A stretch of DNA of 64,000 bases from NCBI GenBank assembly GCA_964415355.1, contig CAYPYS010000003.1:4156-68155 (forward strand), written 5' to 3'. The position numbers and the translations under genes are program-made. Under the pieces are notes generated by a model. That model ran no database searches. It saw nothing but the letters and a program-made list of their open reading frames with translations, and was not told the DNA's origin. The DNA comes from an uncultured Planctomycetia bacterium. Its GTDB lineage: Bacteria > Omnitrophota > Gorgyraeia > Gorgyraeales > Gorgyraeaceae. Position 1 is the stretch's first letter. Each line of letters starts with the position of its first letter. This document shows, piece after piece, positions 38,243-48,173 of this stretch.

Positions 38243-38323
38243 CTACCACAACACCCTACCGCAACGACAGAATGCCGAAGGATAGCGCCGCTTATTCTTG
38301 CGACGATTAAGCAAGTAAATCAT
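38243..38323 (-). CDS. 26-aa basic, Cys-containing peptide MIYLLNRRKNKRRYPSAFCRCGRVLW (candidate RiPP precursor/leaderless core)
   Basis: ORF found by hand; AAGAAGGGGGG lies 6 nt upstream of the ATG. Same strand as, and immediately upstream of, the SPASM radical SAM gene. Not in the ORF track because of its size. Confidence 0.35.
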   Translation of the reverse strand: MIYLLNRRKNKRRYPSAFCRCGRVLW

Positions 38324-38465
38324 GTGCACCCCCTTCTTCTTTGCTTCTATAGTTTATTATGATATACCCTCTCCTGGCACAAGGCAAGGAAAAAATAAGT
38401 TTACACCTTGTGACACTGTTCGAAAACATCTGGTTATTCTATCCTACCCGATAACATTGAAGATA

Positions 38466-39173
38466 TTACAAAAACACTGCCTTGAGAAACTCCATATAAA
38501 TCCTGTTGTTCAACTTTGACGCGCCGGTCTTTCTCTCTCCGAATACATAATGGATATTCTTTACAGCTATATTCCCGGGCGAGGCCTTTAAAAAATCAAA
38601 GAGTATCTTATAGCCCTTTGGCCTGAAATCGACCAAGCCATTCTTATCAAAAACCCACTCTTTCCAAAAACTTGTGTCTGCGCCAAAAAAACCTGTCAGC
38701 ACATCATAGCTGAAATATTTCTTACCTCTTATCAATAAAGAAAATCTGCCTAAAAAATTTCCAAGATAGGATATGCTTTTTCTTAAGACAGGCCAGCGGC
38801 CTTCTACTATTTTACGAGAAGCCGCAACCAACCTCGACCCCTCTGCCAGGCCGTCCATAATATCCCTTACCCTTTCCCAAGGATGCTGGTTATCCGCATC
38901 CATCACGATAAAATATTTGGTCTTGACCAATCTGGTCGCGTCTAAAATGCTCGCTGTCAGCCCATGGACCCTTTCGTTCTTCCTGTCTAAAAAAAATATC
39001 CTCCTGTCTTGAAAAGATAAAACCAGATCCCTTGTATTATCAGCCGACCCGTCATCCGTTACTATAATAAATATATCGCGGTATAATTCGAATAATTTAT
39101 TTATCAACACACCCACGTTGCCTGCTTCATTTAATGTCGGGAGTATGATAGTGTATTTATTCTCTGGTATCAT
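38466..39173 (-). CDS. GT2-family glycosyltransferase (polyprenyl-phosphate sugar transferase, DPM1/ArnC-like)
   Basis: IILPTLNEAGNV...IIVTDDGSADNT...VMDADNQHP, i.e. the DxD and GT-A motifs. Confidence 0.75.
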   Translation of the reverse strand: MIPENKYTIILPTLNEAGNVGVLINKLFELYRDIFIIVTDDGSADNTRDLVLSFQDRRIFFLDRKNERVHGLTASILDATRLVKTKYFIVMDADNQHPWERVRDIMDGLAEGSRLVAASRKIVEGRWPVLRKSISYLGNFLGRFSLLIRGKKYFSYDVLTGFFGADTSFWKEWVFDKNGLVDFRPKGYKILFDFLKASPGNIAVKNIHYVFGERKTGASKLNNRIYMEFLKAVFL

Positions 39174-40522
39174 TTTAGGACTAGGGGAAGTCTCGATATT
39201 ATCCTGCCTTTAAGGCAGTGGGGATTGCCGGCATAAAGATCTCCTGTTGTTGAAAAAACCTCTGCCCTGCAACTACCCCTGCATCTCTTTCTGAAAAAAC
39301 ACGCCTTGCACGGAAAGTCAAATCTATCCACGTCCATAAGGCTGAGCATCTGCGGAGAATTCCAGATCTCCCCTATATTTTCTTCCAATATGTTTCCAAG
39401 CGGATGATGTAACAGCTCGCAGAAAAATATAGACCCTTCATGGTCTATATTAGTCTCTATATGTCCGCCGTAACAGGAAGTGATTATCGTGACCATGGGC
39501 CTTCCGATCCCATCCCTATTAAGATAGCCCAGGCACTTAAGAAATCCGAATTCCAATTTATTGAGCGCCAGTGTATCGCTATGTTCGCGGCCGCGGCCGG
39601 CCCTGATAAATGTATTGACAATAATCCTTGATACATTGAAATCTTTAAAAAATCTCCTGAGCCTGAATATATCAGAAAAGTTTCTGTGTGTCGCTGTAAA
39701 GTTTATATAGGTATCTATGCCTTCTTTGGAGAGTTTTTCTAAAATTGCGATGGCCTTTTTAAAATGCCCTTCCCCTCTTATGAGGTCATTAGACCTGGAA
39801 GATACTCCGTCCATGCCCATAGACAACGTTATATCTTTTCTCTTGCCGAGTTCTTTTATTTCCTTATCTTTCAGAAGCATGCCATTTGTATTTATCCTGA
39901 CCTTCATGTCCCTGGATAAAATGCAGTCTATTATATCAAATATATGAGGATTTAAAAATGATTCTCCGCCCGTTAAAATAACCTCGAAGACCCCTGCCGC
40001 TTTTATCCTGTCCACTATCTTCCTGATCCTGTGTAAATCTATCCCGCGATCGTCGCCTTTTTCAGGGAGATTATAGCAATGAGCGCATTTCAGATTGCAC
40101 TCATGCGTAATCGTAAAAAATACCCTGAGAGGATATCTGGGCCTGGCGAATCTTGAATAATCCATGTATCCCAGATCAAAAGACTTTATGTCTGGTTTTA
40201 TAAATTTAGGAAGATTATATCGAGGGGCGATATTGTCGCCAAAACCGACCTTGTCGCCATTGAATCGAGAGGTAATAATCTCTTTTTTAAGCAGGTCGTT
40301 CAAAAACTTCTTTACAATAAACCTGGTATGATTATTATTTAAATCAGCGCATTTAAAAGATCCGACAAGCTGTGACAGGTCTACGCCATTGCAATAATAG
40401 AATATAATGGACGCTGTTTCGTTTAGCGTCCAGTATCTATCATTGCGATAGATGATTATCTTGGAACCGTCTTCCCATCGCCATCTTATACTATCATTTT
40501 TATAAAATAATGGGCTCTTCAT
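39170..40522 (-). CDS. Radical SAM/SPASM maturase with N-terminal PqqD-like RiPP-recognition element
   Basis: N-terminal WTLNETASIIFYYCNGVDLSQLV resembles PqqD/RRE. CNLKCAHC core; SPASM Cys cluster FFCELLHHPLGN...FPCKACFFRKRCRGSCRAE. Confidence 0.7.
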   Translation of the reverse strand: MKSPLFYKNDSIRWRWEDGSKIIIYRNDRYWTLNETASIIFYYCNGVDLSQLVGSFKCADLNNNHTRFIVKKFLNDLLKKEIITSRFNGDKVGFGDNIAPRYNLPKFIKPDIKSFDLGYMDYSRFARPRYPLRVFFTITHECNLKCAHCYNLPEKGDDRGIDLHRIRKIVDRIKAAGVFEVILTGGESFLNPHIFDIIDCILSRDMKVRINTNGMLLKDKEIKELGKRKDITLSMGMDGVSSRSNDLIRGEGHFKKAIAILEKLSKEGIDTYINFTATHRNFSDIFRLRRFFKDFNVSRIIVNTFIRAGRGREHSDTLALNKLEFGFLKCLGYLNRDGIGRPMVTIITSCYGGHIETNIDHEGSIFFCELLHHPLGNILEENIGEIWNSPQMLSLMDVDRFDFPCKACFFRKRCRGSCRAEVFSTTGDLYAGNPHCLKGRIISRLPLVLK

Positions 40523-40523
40523 A

Positions 40524-41582
40524 TCATATATTAATATTTTTGTAAGATATATCCAGCTTTGCAGGCAGGATATATCTCGCGCGAAAATCAGGATTATTCA
40601 TAAGGCACCCTTTGTATCCCGAATTAAAAATAGGGTGTGCCCACATAGACTCTAATATTTTATTCAGGGGTCTAGTGCGCATATCCCCGAAACTTACAGG
40701 CACAAAAGGACAAGGCTGCACCTCTCCATAACAGGAGACATAAAAAAAATCTTTTTTTAAGGCTGCGCAAAACCTCTCATCATTTTTACAAAAAGCTTCG
40801 CTGGATTCCAGATACACGAAACCAGGATCAGCGAGCTTCCTGACCTCATTCTCTTCTTCACTGGTCAGTCTCTCTTCTTCTCTGTCCACCCATCTGCCGG
40901 CCAATGTCGCAAATATAACCCGCACAGAGTTGACCTTTAATCTCCTGCCGATATCTATGATCTTCTTCAGCCGTCCACTCTTTATCTTATCTCTATGGGC
41001 GTTCATAAATATGCTGCAGGAAAGGCCTTCCTTAACGCAGGCCTTTATGCCATCAATGGCATTTTCAAAACATCCCTCTGCCTTTGATACTAAATCATGG
41101 CTCTCTCTATCAGGGCCTTCGATCCTCACAAAAATATGATTCAGCCCGGACTTTTTTAATTTCAAAACTACATCCCTGGAAAGATCTACTCCATTAGTTT
41201 CCATTTCAGTAAATAAACCTCTACTGACAGCATAGTCGATCAGCTCATATATATCTTTTCTGAGAAGAGGTTCCCCTCCTATAAAAGAAACAGCAGTGCA
41301 CATGGACGGGTATTCCGCGATCTCGTCCAGTATCTTTTTGACCTCAAAAGAGGAAAGTTCTTTTTCAGGATGCCTGTCATAACTCCCGCACCAGCAATAG
41401 TCACACTTACAATGGCACTCATATGTGAGATTGACCATTGCCTTTAAAACGCCTCCCCTTATGCTCTTGAGAGGATGAACGCAAAGCGTCCTGATCGAAC
41501 GCGCCAGCTGGCAGGACAATCGATTGCTGAATTTTTCCCTGAATTTCAATCTATAATTCTTTAACCTGGCTATGAAATCCAC
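40524..41582 (-). CDS. Radical SAM protein (~350 aa) with SPASM-like C-terminal Cys motifs
   Basis: YECHCKCDYCWC; C-terminal CKNDERFC...VSCYGEVQPCPFVP...GC. Paralog of 45858–46925. Confidence 0.7.
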   Translation of the reverse strand: MDFIARLKNYRLKFREKFSNRLSCQLARSIRTLCVHPLKSIRGGVLKAMVNLTYECHCKCDYCWCGSYDRHPEKELSSFEVKKILDEIAEYPSMCTAVSFIGGEPLLRKDIYELIDYAVSRGLFTEMETNGVDLSRDVVLKLKKSGLNHIFVRIEGPDRESHDLVSKAEGCFENAIDGIKACVKEGLSCSIFMNAHRDKIKSGRLKKIIDIGRRLKVNSVRVIFATLAGRWVDREEERLTSEEENEVRKLADPGFVYLESSEAFCKNDERFCAALKKDFFYVSCYGEVQPCPFVPVSFGDMRTRPLNKILESMWAHPIFNSGYKGCLMNNPDFRARYILPAKLDISYKNINI

Positions 41583-41599
41583 ACAAATCTCCTGCGCAG

Positions 41600-43009
41600 C
41601 TAAAAAATAGTCTTAAAAAAATTAACCACCCTGCCTGTTAATTCATTGATCTCGGAATATCCAAAAATTTCTCTAAGGAGATACGCCGGTCTTAAATAAA
41701 AATCACGGTAACATCTTTTGCGATATTTTATCAACGTATCCATGTCCAGTCCGTATGTTGTATGCGCCAACTTTTTGGGAGAAGAATATTTGTGATAGTG
41801 CCGGTATTCCACGTCCTTTTTGATCTCTCCTCTGGCCAATGCCGTTTTATATAATTTTGATCCGGGGAATGGCTGTGTAATAAAAAACACAGCTCTGTCC
41901 AGAGGTAATTTTTTTGCAAATTTTAAAGTATCTCTAATGCTCTTATCATTATCACCCGGCAGGCCTATCATGAAAAACGCCACTGTCTTTATGCCTGCCT
42001 TCCTGGTCTCGTGAATAGTTTTCTCAATGCATTCTAACTTTATGCCTTTATTTATATTGTCCAGGACCCTCTGATTGCCGGATTCGACGCCATACCCTAT
42101 CTGCCAGCAACCTGATGCCTTCATGGCCTTGAGCGTCTCCGGCGTTACCCGATCGACCCTGCCCATACATGACCAGTCAATCTTTAAGTTCCTGGATATA
42201 AGCTTACGGCATAATTCCATAACCCTTTCCGGACTAAAAGTAAACAGATCATCTACGATACTTACTTCACTGACACCGTACTTATCAACCAGTACCTGTA
42301 TTTCATCCAATATATGTCCTGCACTGCGCGTCCTGAATTGATTGCCGAAAACTGCCTGGTCGCAGAAAACACATTTATACGGGCAGCCGCGGCTAGTGAT
42401 AATGATTGCGTTCGGCAGAGACTTGTAATAGCAATATCTGTATTTATCAACCGGTGGCAACAGGTGCCGTGCAGGAAGAGGTATTGTATCCAGGTCCTCT
42501 ATGTACGGCCTCTTCGTAGTACGGACAGGTTTTTTGCCATTATTGAAGATTATGCCTTTTATATCAGGGATCTTGTCTTTTCTGCGCGCGGAGATGGCAT
42601 CTGCAAGTTCTACTATAGTGCGCTCTCCTTCTCCGAGAACACCGTAATCAAAGCACCCTGTTTCCATTGTCTCTTCAGGAAGTGCGCTAACATGGGGCCC
42701 TCCTATGACTACGGTATAGTCGCCAAGTGATTTTATCTTTTCCGCCAATAATCTTGTTATGCAGAAATCAGGCGTGGAAGAGCCAAGGCCAACAATGCCT
42801 GGATTAAATCCTGAAACATGCTCCAGGATACTGTCTATAGAGAACCTCTCTGCCTTGGCATCTATTATCTTCACATCATAACCTGCGTTTTCTAATGCCG
42901 CGGCTATATAGGCCAGGCCAAGGGGCTGCGACCTGTCATAGACATGCCCAAAGCTCCTGACGCCGGATTCCAAATCACTCGGAGGATGGATCAAAAGTAT
43001 CTTCAGCAA
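41600..43009 (-). CDS. Cobalamin-binding (class B) radical SAM enzyme, paralog A
   Basis: N-terminal B12-binding Rossmann domain (LGLAYIAAALENAGYDVKIIDA...VVIGGPHVSALPEE) plus ITSRGCPYKCVFCDQ. Confidence 0.8.
   Translation of the reverse strand: MLKILLIHPPSDLESGVRSFGHVYDRSQPLGLAYIAAALENAGYDVKIIDAKAERFSIDSILEHVSGFNPGIVGLGSSTPDFCITRLLAEKIKSLGDYTVVIGGPHVSALPEETMETGCFDYGVLGEGERTIVELADAISARRKDKIPDIKGIIFNNGKKPVRTTKRPYIEDLDTIPLPARHLLPPVDKYRYCYYKSLPNAIIITSRGCPYKCVFCDQAVFGNQFRTRSAGHILDEIQVLVDKYGVSEVSIVDDLFTFSPERVMELCRKLISRNLKIDWSCMGRVDRVTPETLKAMKASGCWQIGYGVESGNQRVLDNINKGIKLECIEKTIHETRKAGIKTVAFFMIGLPGDNDKSIRDTLKFAKKLPLDRAVFFITQPFPGSKLYKTALARGEIKKDVEYRHYHKYSSPKKLAHTTYGLDMDTLIKYRKRCYRDFYLRPAYLLREIFGYSEINELTGRVVNFFKTIF
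42467..42928. repeat. 462-nt segment 100% identical to 43873–44334 (B12-domain-coding part of adjacent paralogs)
   Basis: Verified line by line; the copies are offset by exactly 1406 nt. Confidence 0.95.
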
Positions 43010-44421
43010 AACATTGCCCTCAAAATATTCGACATCCTTAGAAACAGGACTTTAAATCCGCGATATCTGATAATCTGTTTCAAAAGATACAGTGGCCGCA
43101 TATAAAATTCGCGGTAAAATTTATTTCTGTATCTTACCAGTGTCTCTGCGGTAAGATCCTTTGCCACATAAGCAAAGCGGTTATGGGCAGCCATGTTGTG
43201 ATAATAACGGTATTCTATGTCTTTAAATATCTCTTTTCTGGCAACGGCATTTTTGTATAGCTCTGATCCGGGAAAAGGCTGAGTGATGCGAAAACCGAGC
43301 TTATCCAGGCCGAGCCTTTTTACAAAACTCAAACTGTCCCTGATATTTTGTTCATTGTCTCCCGGCAATCCTATCATGAGAAAGGCCGCTGCCTCAATGC
43401 CTGCCGTTCTGGTCTGGAAAATAGTCTCTTTGATGCCAGACAGGTTGATATTTTTATTTATCCTGTCCAATGTATCCTGACTACCGGACTCGATCCCGTA
43501 TATGATCTGCCAGCATCCTGCTGACTTCATGGCCTTGAGCGTTTCCGGGGTTACGTGATCTGTCCTGCTCAAGCATGACCAAACCACGTTCATCTTTCTG
43601 GATATTAGCTCGCGGCAAAACTTCAGGATCCTTTCGCGGTCTACGGTAAAAAGATCATCTACGATATCTATGCCTTTTACACCATGTCTTTTTACCAGCA
43701 TCTCTATCTCATCTACTATATTAGGAACGCTCCGCCTTCTGAGATGGTTGCCAAAGACTGCCTGGTCGCAGAAAACACATTTATACGGGCAGCCGCGTGT
43801 GGTTATTATTGTAGCTGTAGGCAAATATCTATACCAGCTGTAACTATATCTCCTTATATCAGGCAGTAATCTCCGTGCAGGAAGAGGTATTGTATCCAGG
43901 TCCTCTATGTACGGCCTCTTCGTAGTACGGACAGGTTTTTTGCCATTATTGAAGATTATGCCTTTTATATCAGGGATCTTGTCTTTTCTGCGCGCGGAGA
44001 TGGCATCTGCAAGTTCTACTATAGTGCGCTCTCCTTCTCCGAGAACACCGTAATCAAAGCACCCTGTTTCCATTGTCTCTTCAGGAAGTGCGCTAACATG
44101 GGGCCCTCCTATGACTACGGTATAGTCGCCAAGTGATTTTATCTTTTCCGCCAATAATCTTGTTATGCAGAAATCAGGCGTGGAAGAGCCAAGGCCAACA
44201 ATGCCTGGATTAAATCCTGAAACATGCTCCAGGATACTGTCTATAGAGAACCTCTCTGCCTTGGCATCTATTATCTTCACATCATAACCTGCGTTTTCTA
44301 ATGCCGCGGCTATATAGGCCAGGCCAAGGGGCTGATATATATCAATGACGGGATTTAGCCTCCCTCCCATGCCTAAATAATCGACCGGCGGATAAACTAA
44401 AAGTATTTTATTTTTTTTCAT
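43003..44421 (-). CDS. Cobalamin-binding (class B) radical SAM enzyme, paralog B
   Basis: N-terminal ~190 aa are identical to paralog A; TTRGCPYKCVFCDQ; the C-terminal half diverges. Confidence 0.8.
   Translation of the reverse strand: MKKNKILLVYPPVDYLGMGGRLNPVIDIYQPLGLAYIAAALENAGYDVKIIDAKAERFSIDSILEHVSGFNPGIVGLGSSTPDFCITRLLAEKIKSLGDYTVVIGGPHVSALPEETMETGCFDYGVLGEGERTIVELADAISARRKDKIPDIKGIIFNNGKKPVRTTKRPYIEDLDTIPLPARRLLPDIRRYSYSWYRYLPTATIITTRGCPYKCVFCDQAVFGNHLRRRSVPNIVDEIEMLVKRHGVKGIDIVDDLFTVDRERILKFCRELISRKMNVVWSCLSRTDHVTPETLKAMKSAGCWQIIYGIESGSQDTLDRINKNINLSGIKETIFQTRTAGIEAAAFLMIGLPGDNEQNIRDSLSFVKRLGLDKLGFRITQPFPGSELYKNAVARKEIFKDIEYRYYHNMAAHNRFAYVAKDLTAETLVRYRNKFYREFYMRPLYLLKQIIRYRGFKVLFLRMSNILRAMFC
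43873..44334. repeat. Second copy of the 462-nt perfect direct repeat
   Basis: Identical to 42467–42928. Confidence 0.95.
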
Positions 44422-44422
44422 T

Positions 44423-45850
44423 TTAAAAAATTGATTTCATAAAAGCCCTGATTCGCCTCGGAAAAGCCCGAAATTCTCTATAACTAAAAATCTGGTTGAT
44501 AACAAACGACGGCCGCATATAAAATTCGCGGTAAAACCTATTCCTGCATTTCACCAGGGTCTCTGCGGTAAGGCCGCGCGGGACATAGGGCAACTCTTTA
44601 TGAAAATTATCATTGTCGTAATAATGATATCCTACGTCTTTCCTGATCTCTCCTCTAGCAAGGGCTGTCTTGTATAACTCTGATCCTGGAAAAGGCTGCG
44701 TGATGCAAAACGCTACTCTATCCAGTGAAAGCCTCTTGGAAAAATCAATGGTCTCGCGCATGCTTTTTTCATCATCACCTGGCAGCCCCACTAGAAAAAA
44801 GCCCTGCGTCCTTATCTTCACCCTTTTAGTCCAGCTAACAGCCTTCTCTGCAACCTCCAACGTGATATCTTTCTTGATCGAGTCCAGGATCTTTTGATTG
44901 CCTGACTCAATCCCATAATTTATGTGCCAGCAACCAGCTTTTTTCATGATCCTAAGCATCTCCGGCGTAACACAATTAACCCTTCCCATGCAGAGCCATG
45001 CTATCTTTAATCTCCTAGACATCAACTTACTACAAAATTCCATGACCCTTTCGCGGTTTACAGTAAACAAATCATCCACTATCTCTATCTCGCGAACGCC
45101 GTAATCTTTCACTAGCATCTCTACTTCGTCCAATATATTCCCTATGCTTCTCATCCTTACCTTGCTGCCGAATACAGAGCGATCGCAAAACGTACATTGA
45201 TAAGGACAACCACGACTGGTAATAATAGGGGCTTTTGGTAAATATTTATAAAACTTATACTCGTATCTGCTTATATCCGACAATAATCTCCACGCCGGAA
45301 ATGGTATGGTATCCAAGTCTTTTATATATGGACGGCGCGGTGTCTTCACAATTCGAGAACCTTCTCTGAAAACCACACCCATGATATTACATGTTCCTGC
45401 TTCTTTACCATCGCATATTGCATCGACGAGCTCTAATATTGTATCCTCTCCCTCATCAATAAGGCCGTAATCAAAGCATCCTGTTTCCATTGTCTCTTCA
45501 GGAAGTGCGCTTACATGGGGCCCTCCTATGACTACGGTATAGTCGCCAAGTGATTTTATGGCCTTTGCCAGGGACTTCGTTATAAAGAAATCAGGGGTAG
45601 AGGAGCTTATGCCTATAATGCGGGGATTAAATCCTGAGACCTTTTTTAAAATATCATCTATAGAAAGCCTTTCCAACTTGGCATCTATTATCTCAACCTC
45701 GTATCCGGCTCTATCCAGCACTGCGGCTATATAAGCAAGGCCCAGAGGAGGATTCATGCAATAGAAATGCCCGGTCTTCCCGTTTTCTAAAAACGTGATA
45801 GGCGGATAGATTAAAAGGATTTTTTCTTTTTTATGATTTTCTAAAGGCAT
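44423..45850 (-). CDS. Cobalamin-binding (class B) radical SAM enzyme, paralog C
   Basis: Same architecture; ITSRGCPYQCTFCDR. Shares an ~80-nt patch with paralogs A/B at 45481–45560 (1 mismatch). Confidence 0.8.
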   Translation of the reverse strand: MPLENHKKEKILLIYPPITFLENGKTGHFYCMNPPLGLAYIAAVLDRAGYEVEIIDAKLERLSIDDILKKVSGFNPRIIGISSSTPDFFITKSLAKAIKSLGDYTVVIGGPHVSALPEETMETGCFDYGLIDEGEDTILELVDAICDGKEAGTCNIMGVVFREGSRIVKTPRRPYIKDLDTIPFPAWRLLSDISRYEYKFYKYLPKAPIITSRGCPYQCTFCDRSVFGSKVRMRSIGNILDEVEMLVKDYGVREIEIVDDLFTVNRERVMEFCSKLMSRRLKIAWLCMGRVNCVTPEMLRIMKKAGCWHINYGIESGNQKILDSIKKDITLEVAEKAVSWTKRVKIRTQGFFLVGLPGDDEKSMRETIDFSKRLSLDRVAFCITQPFPGSELYKTALARGEIRKDVGYHYYDNDNFHKELPYVPRGLTAETLVKCRNRFYREFYMRPSFVINQIFSYREFRAFPRRIRAFMKSIF

Positions 45851-45857
45851 ATTAAAA

Positions 45858-46925
45858 TCAACCGCGTTCTATATCTTCAGCAAATAAAATGTCTGGCCCG
45901 GCATGCCTGACATATTTATCATGAAATCTTCTATTATTCATCAGACATCCCCTATAATTCTCATTACCAAAGATGGATTTCTTCCACATGTTGTCTAATA
46001 TTTCATTCAGCCCCTTTTCTCTGATATTTCCGAAATTAATGGGCACAAAAGGACACGGTTGTACCTCTCCATAACATGAAACATAAAACATTTTCTTATC
46101 CTTAGACGGGCATATCCTGTCCATTTCCCTGGCGCATACATAGCTGGATTCGAGATATACAAAATCCGGGGTCAAGAATTCCTTTACTGCGTTCTCTTCG
46201 GTCTCTGTTAAGACCTCATGTTCATTTTTTATCCATCTGCCGGCGCATGTAGGATAAAGAATTCTTACAGAACTTACCCTTAATTCTTTTCCTAATTTTA
46301 TTATTTCTTTGATCTGGCCATTATATATTTTTTCCTTGGTAGCTATAGTTGAAATACTGCACGATAATCCTTCTTCTACGCAATGTCCTATCCCATACAC
46401 GGCATGGCTGAAACATCCTTTAAAATCCGATATCCTGTCATGAGACTCAGGTTCGGTATTTTCTATTCTCAGGAAGACATGGTGCAGGCCGGCCTTTTTA
46501 AGTCTTTTTACATTATCTAAAGAAAGAAGGATCCCGTTTGTCTCTATCTCTGCGAACAATCCTCTTCTATTTGTGTATTTGACCAGCTCAAAGATGTCGT
46601 TCCTCATCAAGGCCTCTCCGCCGAAAAAAGTAACCACAATGCCCGAAAAAGGTAACCGGCCAATATCATCGAGCAATCTCTTGACTTCCGAAGTGCTGAT
46701 TTCTTTTTCTTTATTTTTTATATATAATCCTGAACAACAATATTCGCAGTTACACTGACATTCGTAAGTCAACCCTATTATTACCTTTAAAAAGCCATTT
46801 CTTATACCTTGATAGGGTGATCTTATCAAAAGACCGCCCCATCTCAATAACTGGGCAGAATATGAGTTGCTGAATTTTTCTCTGAATCTAAGCCTGTGAT
46901 TTTTTAATTTGCTTATTATATTCAT
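45858..46925 (-). CDS. Radical SAM protein (~355 aa) with SPASM-like C-terminus, paralog of 40524–41582
   Basis: YECQCNCEYCCSG; C-terminal CAREMDRICPS...VSCYGEVQPCPFVP...GC. Confidence 0.7.
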   Translation of the reverse strand: MNIISKLKNHRLRFREKFSNSYSAQLLRWGGLLIRSPYQGIRNGFLKVIIGLTYECQCNCEYCCSGLYIKNKEKEISTSEVKRLLDDIGRLPFSGIVVTFFGGEALMRNDIFELVKYTNRRGLFAEIETNGILLSLDNVKRLKKAGLHHVFLRIENTEPESHDRISDFKGCFSHAVYGIGHCVEEGLSCSISTIATKEKIYNGQIKEIIKLGKELRVSSVRILYPTCAGRWIKNEHEVLTETEENAVKEFLTPDFVYLESSYVCAREMDRICPSKDKKMFYVSCYGEVQPCPFVPINFGNIREKGLNEILDNMWKKSIFGNENYRGCLMNNRRFHDKYVRHAGPDILFAEDIERG

Positions 46926-46949
46926 TTTATGAAACAGGTGTCGTATATT

Positions 46950-48173
46950 TCAATCCACAAGACAGGCGATCCTGTGCTTACGGAAAAATCTTACGGCTTT
47001 TTTCAGCCTCTCTCTAATGATCTCATCGGGTATCTCTGGTTTAATATATCCGGCCGGCGTCGCTATATTCTTACAGAAAGGAAATATCTGTACTGACTCG
47101 AATCCTATCTCTTTAATAATATTAAGTGTATCTTCGAATTCCCCCTCTGTCTCTGAGGGAAACCCAGCGATTATATGGGCATAAAATCTCAGGCCACTGT
47201 GCGCCCTTTTTAATTCGCGCAAAACCTCTTTTAACTCCTGGGCACCGTAACCTCTGTTCATCAGCTTAAGTATCCTTGTGCTGCCTGACTGCACCATGCA
47301 GCTGACCACTTCTATTTTTCTTGATTTAAAAACAGTGATCAGTTCTTTCCTGTATTTAACCATCCATTTCGGGTTAAGGTAATCTATCTGGATCTTAAAA
47401 TCCTTGTCTATCTCTACAATTCTCTTAAGTAAATCCGGCAATGTATGACCCGTATCCAGGCCATATGCCCCGACATTATCCCCGACCAGTATAATCCTTT
47501 TGTGACCACTGCTTAATGCCCTGCGAAACTCTTCGATACAGACCTCTATGGGTTTACTGCGCAGTTCCCCGACCGCGCGCCATATAACGCAATAGGAACA
47601 ATGGCTGTCCACGCAGCCATCGCATATCCTGATGTAATACGTTTTAAAAAGAGCGGTCTTTTCTTTTATGTATATCCATGTCCGCTTTAAAAGTCCCGGA
47701 CATAATTTTATATTTATACCCGAGCTAGAAACCCTCTTTAATTTTCGGGAGATCGATTCAGGATACAGGAGATTTGCATCCGGCAGATCCTTGAACTTCA
47801 CTTTAAAATCCGGGAATAGACCATCTATGCGTTCATTGTCCGATGTCGCAAAGCTCTCGCCCTTAAAGCTTTTCTTTAATTCTTCCTCGTTAACGGCCTT
47901 TAAGCAGCCGCCGATTATCAGGTCGCTGTTGTAATTATTTAATTCCCTTATCCTTTTAAACGCGAGCTCTTCTATATTTTTCTTATATGCGCAGGTGATA
48001 AATAATATTTTATCTGTTTTTTTCGGGCTGGTGCTGATATTGAACCCATTGGACAAAAAATATTTTTCAAATTTTCTGGCGTCCAGGGTCCTGGCTGGAC
48101 AGCTTCCCATATGTTCTATGTAAATAGACTTGGTGGCGGTCTCAGGTTTCATGTTTCCCCTTGTTATAAACAT
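46950..48173 (-). CDS. Methylthiotransferase-like (MiaB/RimO family) radical SAM protein with non-canonical Cys spacing
   Basis: MTTase N-terminal domain with three Cys (CPAR.., ITCAYK, GGCL), then ICDGCVDSHCSYC (CX2CX4CX2C rather than CX3CX2C). Confidence 0.5.
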   Translation of the reverse strand: MFITRGNMKPETATKSIYIEHMGSCPARTLDARKFEKYFLSNGFNISTSPKKTDKILFITCAYKKNIEELAFKRIRELNNYNSDLIIGGCLKAVNEEELKKSFKGESFATSDNERIDGLFPDFKVKFKDLPDANLLYPESISRKLKRVSSSGINIKLCPGLLKRTWIYIKEKTALFKTYYIRICDGCVDSHCSYCVIWRAVGELRSKPIEVCIEEFRRALSSGHKRIILVGDNVGAYGLDTGHTLPDLLKRIVEIDKDFKIQIDYLNPKWMVKYRKELITVFKSRKIEVVSCMVQSGSTRILKLMNRGYGAQELKEVLRELKRAHSGLRFYAHIIAGFPSETEGEFEDTLNIIKEIGFESVQIFPFCKNIATPAGYIKPEIPDEIIRERLKKAVRFFRKHRIACLVD

